Of a stretch of 64,000 nucleotides of DNA, positions 8,086 to 18,344 are shown one piece after another. Source of the stretch: an uncultured Alphaproteobacteria bacterium (GTDB lineage Bacteria > Pseudomonadota > Alphaproteobacteria > RF32 > CAG-239). The position numbers and the translations under genes were made by a program. Under the pieces are notes generated by a model. It saw nothing but the letters and a program-made list of their open reading frames with translations. It was not told where the DNA came from and did no database searches. The stretch covers positions 3,143 through 67,142 of the forward strand of contig CANRJO010000004.1 of NCBI GenBank assembly GCA_947630965.1. The letters run 5' to 3'. Numbering within the stretch: the first letter of the stretch is position 1; every line of letters starts with the position of its first letter.

Positions 8086-8988
8086 TTAAAGCTTAAAGCT
8101 GTTCATCGGGTGTTTTGAGCGTGCAGTTTGCAAAAGCTTATCCGATGTAATATGCGTATAAATTTCCGTTGTGGTAATGTTTTCATGCCCAAGCATTTTT
8201 TGCACCGAGCGCAAATCGGCATCGTGATTAATGAGGTTTGTGGCAAATGAATGTCGCAACGTGTGTGGCGAAATAAGATCTGTGTTAAACCCACATTCAA
8301 GCGCCAATTTTTTAAGCATTTTAAAAAACATATCACGCGTTATATGCCCGGAAGCCGAAGTTTTAGAGGGGAATAGCTTGTCCGAAATTTTACCTTTCGG
8401 AGCAAAACTTTGCCGATACGATTCATATTCCAAAAGAGCGTGCAAAGCTTTATCTGAAACGGGTACAAGGCGTTCTTTGGCGCCTTTCCCGCGAACGGTA
8501 ATGAGCTTTTTATCAAAGTTGACAGCGTTGGCAGGCAACCCCACCAACTCGGAAACGCGCAACCCTGTGGCAAACATCAGCGCAATCATCACCCCGATTC
8601 GTTTATAGCTTTCCTTGTGGTGCATAAGAGCTTGTTTACCTAACTGCTGAATTTGTGCCGCTGTCAGAAATTTTGGCAACGGTTTTTCCTGCTTTGGCGC
8701 GCTCACATCAAGCGTAGGATTATCGTTTATAATTTTTTCACTAAAAAGAAAACGGCAAAAATCGCGCACGGCGGAAAGCTTGCGCGCCTGTGATTTTGGC
8801 GCATATGCGCGGGCGCCCAAGGCTTGCGTATAAAGACTTATATGACGAGCCGAAATATCTTGAGGTTCGCACCCACAAATTTCAAGGAACTGCTTAAGAT
8901 CATTTTCATAAGCTTCCAACGTGCGGGGCGAAGCGCCTTTTTCGGCGGCCATCATATCCAAAAACATATCAAGCGGATGCCGACCCAT
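8086..8988 (-). CDS. xerD: Tyrosine site-specific recombinase XerD (XerC/XerD family)
   Basis: 300 aa; catalytic box RHSFATNLINHDADLRSVQKMLGHENITTTEIYTHI; adjacent to aroK as in Rhizobiales. Confidence 0.75.
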   Translation of the reverse strand: MGRHPLDMFLDMMAAEKGASPRTLEAYENDLKQFLEICGCEPQDISARHISLYTQALGARAYAPKSQARKLSAVRDFCRFLFSEKIINDNPTLDVSAPKQEKPLPKFLTAAQIQQLGKQALMHHKESYKRIGVMIALMFATGLRVSELVGLPANAVNFDKKLITVRGKGAKERLVPVSDKALHALLEYESYRQSFAPKGKISDKLFPSKTSASGHITRDMFFKMLKKLALECGFNTDLISPHTLRHSFATNLINHDADLRSVQKMLGHENITTTEIYTHITSDKLLQTARSKHPMNSFKL

Positions 8989-9150
8989 GGTAACCTTAAA
9001 AAGTTTTCACTTCTTTCTCAACATGTTGTTGCACAGGCGTTAAATCCATGGTTGCAACATACGCCACGCCGGCAAGGATAGCCAAAATCACAACATAAAC
9101 AACCCATTTGTAATTTTTTTGTTTCATGGTAGAATACCTCATAAAAAATA

Positions 9151-9762
9151 TTGATAAATAAACATAACGCGGGTATGATACTACACAAGATTTTTGAAAG
9201 AAGCGTTAAGAAAATGATAAAAAACAACAAAATAATTCTTTTGGTCGGTTTAATGGGCAGTGGCAAAACAAGCGTTGGCAAAAGGTTGGCTCAAAGGCTT
9301 GATTTACCTTTTGTTGATGGCGACCGAGAAATTGAAAAAGCGGCAGGGCTTTCGCTGATAGATGTTTTAAAATGCTTTGGCGCGGAAGAATATCGAGCGG
9401 GCGAAATGCGCGTGATGAAACGCCTTTTGCAATCAACGCCTTGCGTTTTGGCATCAGGCGGCGGCTCTTTTGTGGCGGAACAAACCCGAAAGCTCGCCAA
9501 GCTCAATGCACTCACAATTTGGCTCAAGGCGGATCTTGATTTATTGTATAACCGCACGGCAGGGCGCAAACATCGTCCGTTTTTAATGGGCGAAGATTCG
9601 CGTTTAAAGGAAAAATTGGAAAAGTACATTAAGGAAGAATATCCGTTTTATTCCGAGGCGGATATCGTGGTTGAAACGCATGATGAGCGCGTTGAAAATA
9701 CAGTGGATCGTGTGGTGGCGGCGATAGAGCAATATTACTTAAAGGAGGGCAAAAATGCGTAA
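9151..9762 (+). CDS. aroK: Shikimate kinase (true start may be the internal Met near 9214)
   Basis: Walker A LVGLMGSGKTSVGKRLA and shikimate-kinase-type core; no aroB follows. Confidence 0.8.
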   Translation: MINKHNAGMILHKIFERSVKKMIKNNKIILLVGLMGSGKTSVGKRLAQRLDLPFVDGDREIEKAAGLSLIDVLKCFGAEEYRAGEMRVMKRLLQSTPCVLASGGGSFVAEQTRKLAKLNALTIWLKADLDLLYNRTAGRKHRPFLMGEDSRLKEKLEKYIKEEYPFYSEADIVVETHDERVENTVDRVVAAIEQYYLKEGKNA

Positions 9763-10468
9763 GGAAAACCGAGCCGAAAGTGCCTTAAGACAAGTGGAAA
9801 TCATCCCGAACGTTAATCCTTATGCCGAGGGTTCGTGCCTGATAAAATGCGGCAACACGCACATTTATTGCACGGCAACGGTGGATGACAAATTACCTGC
9901 ATGGTTAAAAGGGCAGGATCGCGGTTGGATAACGGCAGAATATGCCCTGTTGCCCCGCTCAACGCAAACGCGTGTCCCGCGCGAAACAAATGGACACAGT
10001 GGTCGCACGCATGAAATTCAGCGTTTAATCGGGCGTTCTTTACGCGCCGTTACGGACTTATATTTGCTCAAAGATTATGTCGTTCAAATAGATTGCGATG
10101 CCTTGCAAGCAGACGGCGGCACGCGGACAGCATCAATCACCGGCGGTTTTGTGGCGTTGTATTTGGCTATGCAAAAATTGGTGGCGGAGGGCAAACTTCA
10201 TGAAAATCCGATTCGTGAATTCGTGGCGGCGGTTTCTTGCGGCTTGCAAGGCGATGTCCCACTGCTTGATTTGGATTATAGCGAGGATTCAAACGCCCGC
10301 GCGGATGCTAATTTTGTTTTGACCGAAAGTGGCAAAATTGTTGAGGTGCAAACCACGGCAGAGGGCGCACCGTTTTCAAAGGAGCAGTTTGAAGAGTTGT
10401 TTAATTTAGCAAAATCAGGCATTAAAGAGCTTGTTAAATTGCAGAAAAAAGCGTTAGGAATAAAATAA
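9755..10468 (+). CDS. rph: Ribonuclease PH
   Basis: 237 aa; RNase PH signature (GSCLIKCGNTHIYCTATV... TAEYALLPRST); overlaps aroK by 8 nt. Confidence 0.9.
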   Translation: MRKENRAESALRQVEIIPNVNPYAEGSCLIKCGNTHIYCTATVDDKLPAWLKGQDRGWITAEYALLPRSTQTRVPRETNGHSGRTHEIQRLIGRSLRAVTDLYLLKDYVVQIDCDALQADGGTRTASITGGFVALYLAMQKLVAEGKLHENPIREFVAAVSCGLQGDVPLLDLDYSEDSNARADANFVLTESGKIVEVQTTAEGAPFSKEQFEELFNLAKSGIKELVKLQKKALGIK

Positions 10469-11055
10469 TGGACGTCAAAGAAATTGTTTTTGCAAGTCGG
10501 AACAAAGGCAAAATTGCGGAAGTTTCGGCATTGCTCGCACCTTTAGGCATCAGTGTTCAATCGGCGCTTGATTTAGACTTGCCTGATGTGGAAGAAACGG
10601 GCAAAACTTTTGAAGAAAACGCTAAATTAAAGGCTTTTTCGGCGTGCAATTTGACGGGTAAGCCCGCCCTTGCGGACGATTCCGGCTTGTGCGTTAAAGC
10701 CTTGAACGGCGCACCGGGGGTATATTCAGCGCGTTATGCGCCGGAGCGCGATTTTGCAAAGGGCATGCAAAAACTTTTGGCAGAAATTGAAAACAGCGGC
10801 TCGAAAGATCGCGCGGCATATTTTGCTTGCGTTTTGGTTTTGGCTTTCCCTGACGGAAGTTTTCAAAGCTTTGAAGGCAGAGTTGACGGACATATCGATG
10901 ACCAACCACATGGAACGGGCGGCTTTGGGTACGATCCTCTTTTTGTTCCCGAAGGGCAAAATCAAACGTATGCCGAATTGAGCGCCGCATATAAAAACAA
11001 AACTTCACATCGGGCGCGGGCAATGGAAAAGTTAAAAACATATCTTCAAAAATAG
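10468..11055 (+). CDS. rdgB: Non-canonical purine NTP (dITP/XTP) pyrophosphatase RdgB/HAM1
   Basis: 195 aa; IVFASRNKGKIAE... FGYDPLFVP motifs; start overlaps the rph stop. Confidence 0.85.
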   Translation: MDVKEIVFASRNKGKIAEVSALLAPLGISVQSALDLDLPDVEETGKTFEENAKLKAFSACNLTGKPALADDSGLCVKALNGAPGVYSARYAPERDFAKGMQKLLAEIENSGSKDRAAYFACVLVLAFPDGSFQSFEGRVDGHIDDQPHGTGGFGYDPLFVPEGQNQTYAELSAAYKNKTSHRARAMEKLKTYLQK

Positions 11056-11062
11056 GTGCACA

Positions 11063-13975
11063 ATGGAAAGGCACATTTACAACATACCGGCAAGTTGTCC
11101 GTTTACGGATACGCTAGCATTGCGCGTGAGTGCAGGAGCAAAAGGCAATCCGGCGGCACTTTCGCGCATATTGTTTTTGTTGCCCAACAGGCGTGCATGT
11201 CAATCATTAAAAGAGGCTTTTGTGCGCTTAAGCGGAGAAACGCCCGCTGTTTTGCCGCAGATGATCCCGATTGCGGATTTAGCGGAAGATGAGGTTATTT
11301 TCAGCGCGCTCAATACGGAAACATTTCTTGAAAATCTGCCGCCTGAAATTTCTAATTTAGAGCGTATGTTCTTGCTTGCAAAGCTGATTTTTGCGCGCCC
11401 GAAAGAATACGGCTTGGTTGAAATGACTTTCGCACAAGCTCTATCTTTGGCGCAAGAGTTGGCAAAGCTGATGGATTCGGTTTATAACGAACAACTTAAT
11501 TTTGATAAACTGGAAGAGATTGTGCCGGCGCAATACGCCACGCATTGGCAAGATACGCTTCATTTTTTGAAAATTATCACACATTGGTGGCCACAAATAC
11601 TCAAAGAAAAAGGTGTGGTCGATTCCATTTATCGGCGTAACGAGCTTTTAAAGGCGCAAGCTGAAATTTGGCGCAAAAATCCGCCGGCGGAAAAGGTTGT
11701 TGCGGCGGGCGTGAATGCGGCGTTTCCGGGATTGCAAAATCTTTTAAAAGTTATTGCAGAAAGCCCAAACGGCGAGGTTTATTTTTGTGGGCTTGATAAA
11801 TATTTAGACGCCACCTCTTGGGAACAGATTGATGAAAACCACCCGCAATACAACCACAAACGTTTACTAGAAGCTTTGGGTGCCGAGCGTGATGACGTCA
11901 AAAACATTTTAGCAGCTGAAAATGAACCGCGTGAAAATATGGTTTCGGAAATAATGCGTCCGGCGTGTGAAACCGTTTATTGGCAAAATTTAAAAGATAA
12001 CCCGCTTGATGAGCGCGCATGGCAAGGACTGCATATCCTGAACTGTTTTGATAGCCAACAAGAGGCATTAAGCATTGCTGTTTTAATGCGTCAAACGCTA
12101 GAAACGCCGCAAAAAACGGCGGCGCTTGTCACCCCTGACAGAAATTTAGCACGGCGTGTGGCGGCGGCGTTAAAGCGTTGGAACATCAAAATTGATGATT
12201 CCGCCGGTTTGCCTCTGCACTTAACGCCGGTCGGCATATATTTTGGGCTGATTGTGGCGTGGTTAGAACAGCCTTTTTCAAATGTGCAAATGTTGGCACT
12301 TTTAAAAAATCCATTTGTGCGTTTGGGATGTTCGGCAGCTGAAATTCGGCGCAAAGTACGCGCGTACGAGCACCAAAAGAGAGAACCTAAATTTAACATT
12401 CAAGACATCAATCAAGCCGATGAAACGCCCGAATTTTTGCAAATTTTGGAAGAAAAATCAGCGCCAATGCAAAAATTATTTCAGCAAAAAGAAGCGCCTT
12501 TCAAAGAGCTTTTAATAAATCATATTGCTTTGGCGGAAGCCTTGGCAGAAAGCGATGACCGAAGCGGCGCCGAAAATTTATGGCGTGCGGAAGATGGTCG
12601 GAGTGCCGCCGCGCTGATGAGTGATATTTTGGAAAAAGCCGATGTCTTGGGCAATATTGAAACTGAGCAATACGGCGCTGTTTTAAAAACGCTGATGGCG
12701 GGGCAGACGGTTCGCCCGCTTTACGGCACGCATCCGCGACTCAAAATTTTAGGCCCCATTGAAGCGCGTTTTAACCGTTTTGATACGGTTATCATCGGCG
12801 GTTTAAATGAGGGGGTGTGGCCAACGGCAACCGCGGCGGATCCGTGGATGTCGCGCCCCATGAAAAAAGATTTCGGCTTGCCGTTACCAGAGGTCAATAT
12901 TGGCGTGTTGGCGGACGATTTTGCGCACCTTTTGTGCGCCCCCGAAGTTTATTTAACACGTGCGCAAAAAGCGGAAGGCTCGCCGGCGGATAAATCGCGT
13001 TGGATGTTGCGCTTGGAAACCGTTTTAAAAGCTTACGGACTTCCCGAAGGTGCCTTGGAAGATTCGCCTTGCTTGTCACAAGCGTTATATTTAGATACAC
13101 CCAAAGAGCGCCAGATAATTAAAGCACCCGCGCCATGCCCCGATGTTGAAAAACGCCCGCGTGTGCTTTCGGCAAGTGCTGTTGAAAAACTCATGCGTGA
13201 TCCGTATGAAATTTATGCGGAAAAGATTTTGAAGCTCAAACCCTTAAACGAAATTGATGAAGAACTTTCCATGAAGGAATACGGCAGCTTTGTGCACAAA
13301 GTGCTTGAAGTTTTTTGTAGAAAATATCCCACGGAATTTCCCGCAAATGCTGAACAAGAGCTGATGAAAATCGGGCAAAATCTGCTTGAAGAAATGAAAG
13401 TTGAGCCTGAAATCAAAGCCTTTTGGGCGCCCAAATTTGAAAAAACGGTGCGTTGGGTTGTGGGTGAGGAAAAAACTTACAGACAAGATGTCGCGAAAGT
13501 TTATCCCGAAGTGCAGGGTGCTTTTTCCTTTGAGGCGCCAGCGGGCACCTTTACCATCACGGCGCGAGCTGACAGGCTTGATGTGTTAAAAGACGGCAGT
13601 ATAAATGTGATAGACTATAAAACGGGTGAAATTCGCAAACCGAAAGAAATTAAACTCGGCTATGCCCCGCAGCTCCCGATTGAAGGGCTGATTGCCCGTG
13701 AGGGCGGTTTTAAAAACAAGGAAGAAAGCATCAAAAAAGCCAATGTCAATGAGCTCATTTATTGGCGCTTGGGCGAGGAAAAATCGCAAACGGCGGCAGA
13801 CGATGAGGACTTGCTTGATAAAACGTTAGAGCGCTTGAAAGAACTTGTCGAAAAGTTTGATGATAAACAAACGCCTTACTATGCACGCCCCAACCCGAAA
13901 CATGTTTTGAAATACACCAATTATGAGCACCTTGCACGTGTTAAAGAATGGCAATCAGGAGAGAACGATGAATAA
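11063..13975 (+). CDS. addB: Double-strand break repair protein AddB (alphaproteobacterial type, C-terminal PD-(D/E)XK nuclease)
   Basis: 970 aa; C-terminal DRLDVLKDGSINVIDYKTG nuclease motif; immediately upstream of addA. Confidence 0.8.
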   Translation: MERHIYNIPASCPFTDTLALRVSAGAKGNPAALSRILFLLPNRRACQSLKEAFVRLSGETPAVLPQMIPIADLAEDEVIFSALNTETFLENLPPEISNLERMFLLAKLIFARPKEYGLVEMTFAQALSLAQELAKLMDSVYNEQLNFDKLEEIVPAQYATHWQDTLHFLKIITHWWPQILKEKGVVDSIYRRNELLKAQAEIWRKNPPAEKVVAAGVNAAFPGLQNLLKVIAESPNGEVYFCGLDKYLDATSWEQIDENHPQYNHKRLLEALGAERDDVKNILAAENEPRENMVSEIMRPACETVYWQNLKDNPLDERAWQGLHILNCFDSQQEALSIAVLMRQTLETPQKTAALVTPDRNLARRVAAALKRWNIKIDDSAGLPLHLTPVGIYFGLIVAWLEQPFSNVQMLALLKNPFVRLGCSAAEIRRKVRAYEHQKREPKFNIQDINQADETPEFLQILEEKSAPMQKLFQQKEAPFKELLINHIALAEALAESDDRSGAENLWRAEDGRSAAALMSDILEKADVLGNIETEQYGAVLKTLMAGQTVRPLYGTHPRLKILGPIEARFNRFDTVIIGGLNEGVWPTATAADPWMSRPMKKDFGLPLPEVNIGVLADDFAHLLCAPEVYLTRAQKAEGSPADKSRWMLRLETVLKAYGLPEGALEDSPCLSQALYLDTPKERQIIKAPAPCPDVEKRPRVLSASAVEKLMRDPYEIYAEKILKLKPLNEIDEELSMKEYGSFVHKVLEVFCRKYPTEFPANAEQELMKIGQNLLEEMKVEPEIKAFWAPKFEKTVRWVVGEEKTYRQDVAKVYPEVQGAFSFEAPAGTFTITARADRLDVLKDGSINVIDYKTGEIRKPKEIKLGYAPQLPIEGLIAREGGFKNKEESIKKANVNELIYWRLGEEKSQTAADDEDLLDKTLERLKELVEKFDDKQTPYYARPNPKHVLKYTNYEHLARVKEWQSGENDE

Positions 13976-16900
13976 AGAAGAAGTCAAAGACTTAAAAGAC
14001 AAACGCCTTCTGATTGCCGCGCGTCAACAAGGGCAGGCGGCGGATCCTCAAAAGTCCATATGGGTGGAAGCCTCGGCAGGTACGGGCAAAACGCGTGTTT
14101 TGTCTGATAGAGTTTTGCGGCTTTTGCTCCAAGGCGTTAATCCCTCGCGCATCTTATGCCTCACATACACCAAAGCCGCCGCGGTTGAGATGAACGCGCG
14201 TATTTCCAAGTGCTTGGCAAATTGGGCGGTTATAAAAGACGCTGATCTGATTGAGGAGCTACAGAAACTTACAATCAAAACCACAAACCGTAATTTCCCA
14301 AAACTAATGCAACGCGCGCGGATTTTATTTGCTTTAATGTTAGATGTTCCGGGCGGTATCAAAATTCAGACCATACACAGTTTTTGCCAGGATATTTTAA
14401 AAAGATTTCCGTTGGAAGCGGGCGTTTCGCCATATTTTTCAGTCATGGACGACCGTATGGCGGCAGAAGCCGTTGCCGCCGCGCAAAAAGAGCTGATTTT
14501 AAAAATTGAGAACGAGCCTGATTTTCCGGCGGCGCAGCAGGCGGCTTATTTAACACAGCAAGTGAAAGAATTTAAGTTTAACGAGCTGATGTCCAAAATA
14601 GCGGAAAACAGAACAATTTTAAGCCACATTTTGGAACAATATCCGGATATGCCCTCATTTTTAAAAGCGCTGCAAAATAAGCTTTCTTTAGATAAAATTT
14701 GCACGCCGGAAGAAGCGATAAAAGATTTTGAAAATTCAAGAGATATTCCGTTTTTAAAGACGATTGCGCAAGCTTTAAGCCATGGCGCCCCAACAGATCA
14801 AAAGCGCGCTGAAAACTTGTATAATCAATGCCTTAATTTTGACTACGACACATATAAGCCGATTTTTGTGACCAAAGGAAATGAGTTTTATTCTGAAGGA
14901 AAGTTAGCAACAAATGGCGCCGTGAAGTTTGATTCGGAAATCAGACTTAAGGTGATGCAAGAGGCGGAAAGGATTCTTGCGCTTGAAGAAAAGCTTACAA
15001 GATTAAGTTTATATCACGCCACAAGTGCCTTAATGCAGATTGCGGGCGCCTTAACAAATGCGTATCAAAATTTTAAACGCAAAAATGCTTTGTTGGATTA
15101 TGAAGATTTGATTGTTATCACAAGGCGCTTGCTAGAAAATCAGAATGTGGCGGATTGGGTTTTGTTCAAGCTTGACGGCGGCATTAGTCATGTTTTGATT
15201 GACGAGGCGCAAGATACATCGCCCAATCAATGGGCAATTGTGAAGGCATTGACGGCGGAGTTTTTCTCGGGTGCAGGGCAAAGCGAAGAAACGCGCACGG
15301 TTTTTGCAGTTGGTGATCGCAAGCAGTCCATATACAGTTTTCAGGGTGCGGATCCCGAGGCTTTTGATGAAATGTCAGCTTATTTTGCCAAAGTCGGCGG
15401 GCAAAATTTTGAAAAAGTGCGCTTGGATGTTTCTTTCCGTTCAACGGCGGCGGTTTTGGAAACGGTCAACAATTTGTTTGCCTTGCCGGAGGCAAAGTCG
15501 GGCGTTGTTATTGACAATCAGGAAGTTTCGCATTTGCCGTATCGTTTGGGTTCGGAAGGTTTGGTTGAGCTTTGGGAGCTTTTAGAGCCCGAGGAAGATG
15601 ATGCGCAAGATGTTTGGTATCCGCCGGTAGAGGTCGAAACAAAAACTGCGCCACATACAAAATTGGCTGAAAAAATTGCGCAAAAAATTCACCAAATGGT
15701 GCAATCGGGCGAGAAATTGCGTTCACAAGATCGCCCCTTACAATATAGCGATTTTATGGTTTTGGTGCAACGCCGTGCGGGCTTTGTGGAAGATTTTGTG
15801 CGTGCTTGCAAGCAAATTGGCGTTGGTGTGGCGGGCGCCGATAGGCTCAAATTAAGCGAACAAATTGCAGTGCAAGATTTACTTTCCTTGGGGCATTTTT
15901 TGCTTTTGCCGACAGATGATTTAAGCTTGGCGGAGGTTTTGAAATCGCCTTTATTTAATTTGGATGATGACGATTTAATCAAGCTTTGTTACAATCGGGG
16001 CAACGCATCTTTATGGCAACGTTTAAGAGCAGACGCCTCTTATCAGCAGGTGGCGGATAAGCTTTCGGATCTTCTCACAAAAGCCGACATTTTGCGCCCG
16101 TTTGATTTATATCAGGAAGTTTTAGGCACCCTCAATGGCCGGCGCAATTTTGTTTCGCGCCTTGGTGAAGAGGCGGAAGACGCGTTGGACGAGTTTGTGA
16201 ACTTAACGCTTCAATTTGAACAAACGCACGAGCCCTCGCTCCAAATTTTCATCATGTGGATGGAAGAAGATGATGTTGAAATCAAGCGCGAAACGGATCA
16301 GCCTGATAACAACGCCGTACGGATTATGACGGTTCACGGTTCAAAAGGTTTGCAAGCGCCGATTGTTATTTTGCCCGATACGGTTCGTTTGCCGAACATC
16401 AAGAAAGAAAGTGGTGTTTTGCAAGACGGTTTCGATATGATATATTTCCCGTTAGAGTCCAAAATGTATGATTCTAATTGCACGCGGATTTTTGAAAAAA
16501 ATAAGCAAAAAGCGTATGATGAATATCGCCGCCTGCTTTATGTGGCGTTAACGCGTGCGGAAGACAGGCTCTATATTTGCGGGTTTAAGGGCAAGAATAA
16601 CATCAATGAAAATTCGTGGTATCAGCTTTGCGAAAATATTTTGAAAAAGGAAGGCAAAGAGGAAAACAAAAAATGGATTTTCAAATGCCCGCAAGTTGTT
16701 GATGTAAAAAAGGAAGAAAAAGAAGAGAAAAAAATAATCAAGGAGGAAATTCCCGCGTGGCTCACGCAAGAGGCGGCGGCGGAAAGCGCACTTTCGCGCC
16801 CTTACACGCCCTCACAGCCTGACCGTGAGGATGATACGCCCGCGGCATCGCCCTTGGCGGAAGAGGGCAATTTTTACCGCCGCGGCACGCTTATTCACCG

Positions 16901-17339
16901 CCTTTTGCAACTTTTGCCCTGGAATGCGGATAACAACACCAAAGCGCGTTTAATGGAAAAATATCTGGAGCAAAACGCCTCAGATTTAACGCCCGCTTCC
17001 CGCGCACAAATCCAAAAAGAGCTGATGACGTTGTTTGAAAACCCTGATTTAAGCTTTATCTTCGGAGCAAACGCGCAGGCGGAAGTGCCTATCATCGGGC
17101 GCGTTGGTGAAAAAATTGTTTCCGCCCAAATTGACCGGCTTGTCATTTTGGAAGATAAAGCGGTAATTATAGATTTCAAGACAAACCGTCCCGCCGCGCA
17201 AAACGAAAAAGACGTGCCCGAGGTATATAAAAACCAAATGGCAGCTTATAAACAACTTGTTGAAAAAATTTATCCGCATCTGCCGGTTGAAACTTATATT
17301 TTATGGACGAACACCGGCAAGCTAATGAAGATGAACTGA
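13968..17339 (+). CDS. addA: Double-strand break repair helicase AddA (UvrD/Rep superfamily 1 helicase-nuclease)
   Basis: Walker A ASAGTGKT, DExx box LIDEAQDTSPNQ, C-terminal nuclease IDFKTNRP. Start chosen at ATG 13968, which has a GGAGAG RBS and overlaps the addB stop. Confidence 0.85.
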   Translation: MNKEEVKDLKDKRLLIAARQQGQAADPQKSIWVEASAGTGKTRVLSDRVLRLLLQGVNPSRILCLTYTKAAAVEMNARISKCLANWAVIKDADLIEELQKLTIKTTNRNFPKLMQRARILFALMLDVPGGIKIQTIHSFCQDILKRFPLEAGVSPYFSVMDDRMAAEAVAAAQKELILKIENEPDFPAAQQAAYLTQQVKEFKFNELMSKIAENRTILSHILEQYPDMPSFLKALQNKLSLDKICTPEEAIKDFENSRDIPFLKTIAQALSHGAPTDQKRAENLYNQCLNFDYDTYKPIFVTKGNEFYSEGKLATNGAVKFDSEIRLKVMQEAERILALEEKLTRLSLYHATSALMQIAGALTNAYQNFKRKNALLDYEDLIVITRRLLENQNVADWVLFKLDGGISHVLIDEAQDTSPNQWAIVKALTAEFFSGAGQSEETRTVFAVGDRKQSIYSFQGADPEAFDEMSAYFAKVGGQNFEKVRLDVSFRSTAAVLETVNNLFALPEAKSGVVIDNQEVSHLPYRLGSEGLVELWELLEPEEDDAQDVWYPPVEVETKTAPHTKLAEKIAQKIHQMVQSGEKLRSQDRPLQYSDFMVLVQRRAGFVEDFVRACKQIGVGVAGADRLKLSEQIAVQDLLSLGHFLLLPTDDLSLAEVLKSPLFNLDDDDLIKLCYNRGNASLWQRLRADASYQQVADKLSDLLTKADILRPFDLYQEVLGTLNGRRNFVSRLGEEAEDALDEFVNLTLQFEQTHEPSLQIFIMWMEEDDVEIKRETDQPDNNAVRIMTVHGSKGLQAPIVILPDTVRLPNIKKESGVLQDGFDMIYFPLESKMYDSNCTRIFEKNKQKAYDEYRRLLYVALTRAEDRLYICGFKGKNNINENSWYQLCENILKKEGKEENKKWIFKCPQVVDVKKEEKEEKKIIKEEIPAWLTQEAAAESALSRPYTPSQPDREDDTPAASPLAEEGNFYRRGTLIHRLLQLLPWNADNNTKARLMEKYLEQNASDLTPASRAQIQKELMTLFENPDLSFIFGANAQAEVPIIGRVGEKIVSAQIDRLVILEDKAVIIDFKTNRPAAQNEKDVPEVYKNQMAAYKQLVEKIYPHLPVETYILWTNTGKLMKMN

Positions 17340-17508
17340 ATCAAAAAAACGCTTGCAAATTTAAGATTTTTATTTAACATAATTTTTGCCGTCTATGGGC
17401 GGTGGTGTCTCAAAAACACTTTTCTACTAAACTCCTTGTTAAGGGGAGTTTCCGACATAAGGCTTTTGCTCGAATAAGGAAGACTGGTTAGTAGCAGTTT
17501 TTGAGCTC

Positions 17509-17538
17509 CCCACCTTTTTTATAAAGGTGGTTTTCTTT
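17509..17538 (+). terminator. Rho-independent terminator-like hairpin (ccaccttt-tttat-aaaggtgg plus TTTTCTTT)
   Basis: Perfect 8-bp stem plus a T-run, ~170 bp after the addA stop and directly before the RBS of ORF 17557. Confidence 0.4.
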
Positions 17539-17556
17539 AATTAAAAGGAGCTGAAA

Positions 17557-17808
17557 ATGAAAATAAAAAACAAAGATCTGACACTTTACATCAAAAAAAC
17601 GATGATGACGCTTTTTCGTGAAGAACGTATTAAAAGGCGCGAAACTCTGGAACAAACGGCACGCAAAATTGATATTCCGCTTTATGAGCTTGATTTTTTG
17701 GAAAGCGGAAGAGGCTGTATTTCTTGGAAAAAAATGATTGATTATTTAGAAATGTACAACAAAACGCTTAAAATCACTTTAGAAGACGACCCCGATGATG
17801 AAAAATAA
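17557..17808 (+). CDS. Small XRE-family helix-turn-helix protein (83 aa)
   Basis: ETLEQTARKIDIPLYELDFLESGRGCISWKKMIDYL matches the XRE HTH pattern; strong RBS AAAGGAG; lies in the AT-rich insert. Confidence 0.5.
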   Translation: MKIKNKDLTLYIKKTMMTLFREERIKRRETLEQTARKIDIPLYELDFLESGRGCISWKKMIDYLEMYNKTLKITLEDDPDDEK

Positions 17809-17869
17809 GATCTGAAGCCCGTAAGTTTTGCGTTTTACGCAAAACTTACGGGCTAAAAGGGCTTTAGTC

Positions 17870-18301
17870 TTAACCGCTTTTGACTTTGTTTTCCTGATAA
17901 AACATTTTCAAAAACATAATCAGACCGCAAGCGTATAATATATAAGATAATATTTCTAAAAATGCGCCATATAAGCTTGTAAAAGTTTGTATGGTTTCAG
18001 AGTGTGCAAGCGTTAAATAAATAAAGCTCAGGGGTAATGATAAATAAGGCAAAATGCCAATCCACATCAAAAAAGCGGAAATCTTTGGAAATTTAGTTTT
18101 GAAATTTTCCAAATTTTTATTCTCTGGCTTAAATAAAATGATAACAATGTTATAAATAAAAAACAAAAAAACAAGAAGCCCAAATGTTTCAAAAACTACA
18201 TTATGAAACATTGTTGCTAAAATTGATAAAAGATCAATAAATCCGCCAAGTAAAAGCAGATTTTTGATTTTAGATTTCCAAATATTTTTCATTTTTTTCA
18301 T
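17870..18301 (-). CDS. Small integral membrane protein (4 predicted TM helices), unknown function
   Basis: 143 aa with four hydrophobic stretches; AT-rich codon usage. Confidence 0.5.
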   Translation of the reverse strand: MKKMKNIWKSKIKNLLLLGGFIDLLSILATMFHNVVFETFGLLVFLFFIYNIVIILFKPENKNLENFKTKFPKISAFLMWIGILPYLSLPLSFIYLTLAHSETIQTFTSLYGAFLEILSYILYACGLIMFLKMFYQENKVKSG

Positions 18302-18344
18302 TTTTTCAAGTTATCATAAAAAACACCTCTTTGAGAGGTGTTTT

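Noticed and set aside
11056-11292. 78-aa ORF overlapping the addB start
   Set aside because: Alternative frame within the addB 5' region. No independent signals. Dwarfed by the 970-aa ORF.
13923-13967. Upstream ATG at 13923 as the addA start (MSTLHVLKNGNQERT...)
   Set aside because: That extension overlaps the addB C-terminus in another frame and has no RBS. The ATG at 13968 is preceded by GGAGAG and overlaps the addB stop (ATGAATAA), a typical coupled start.
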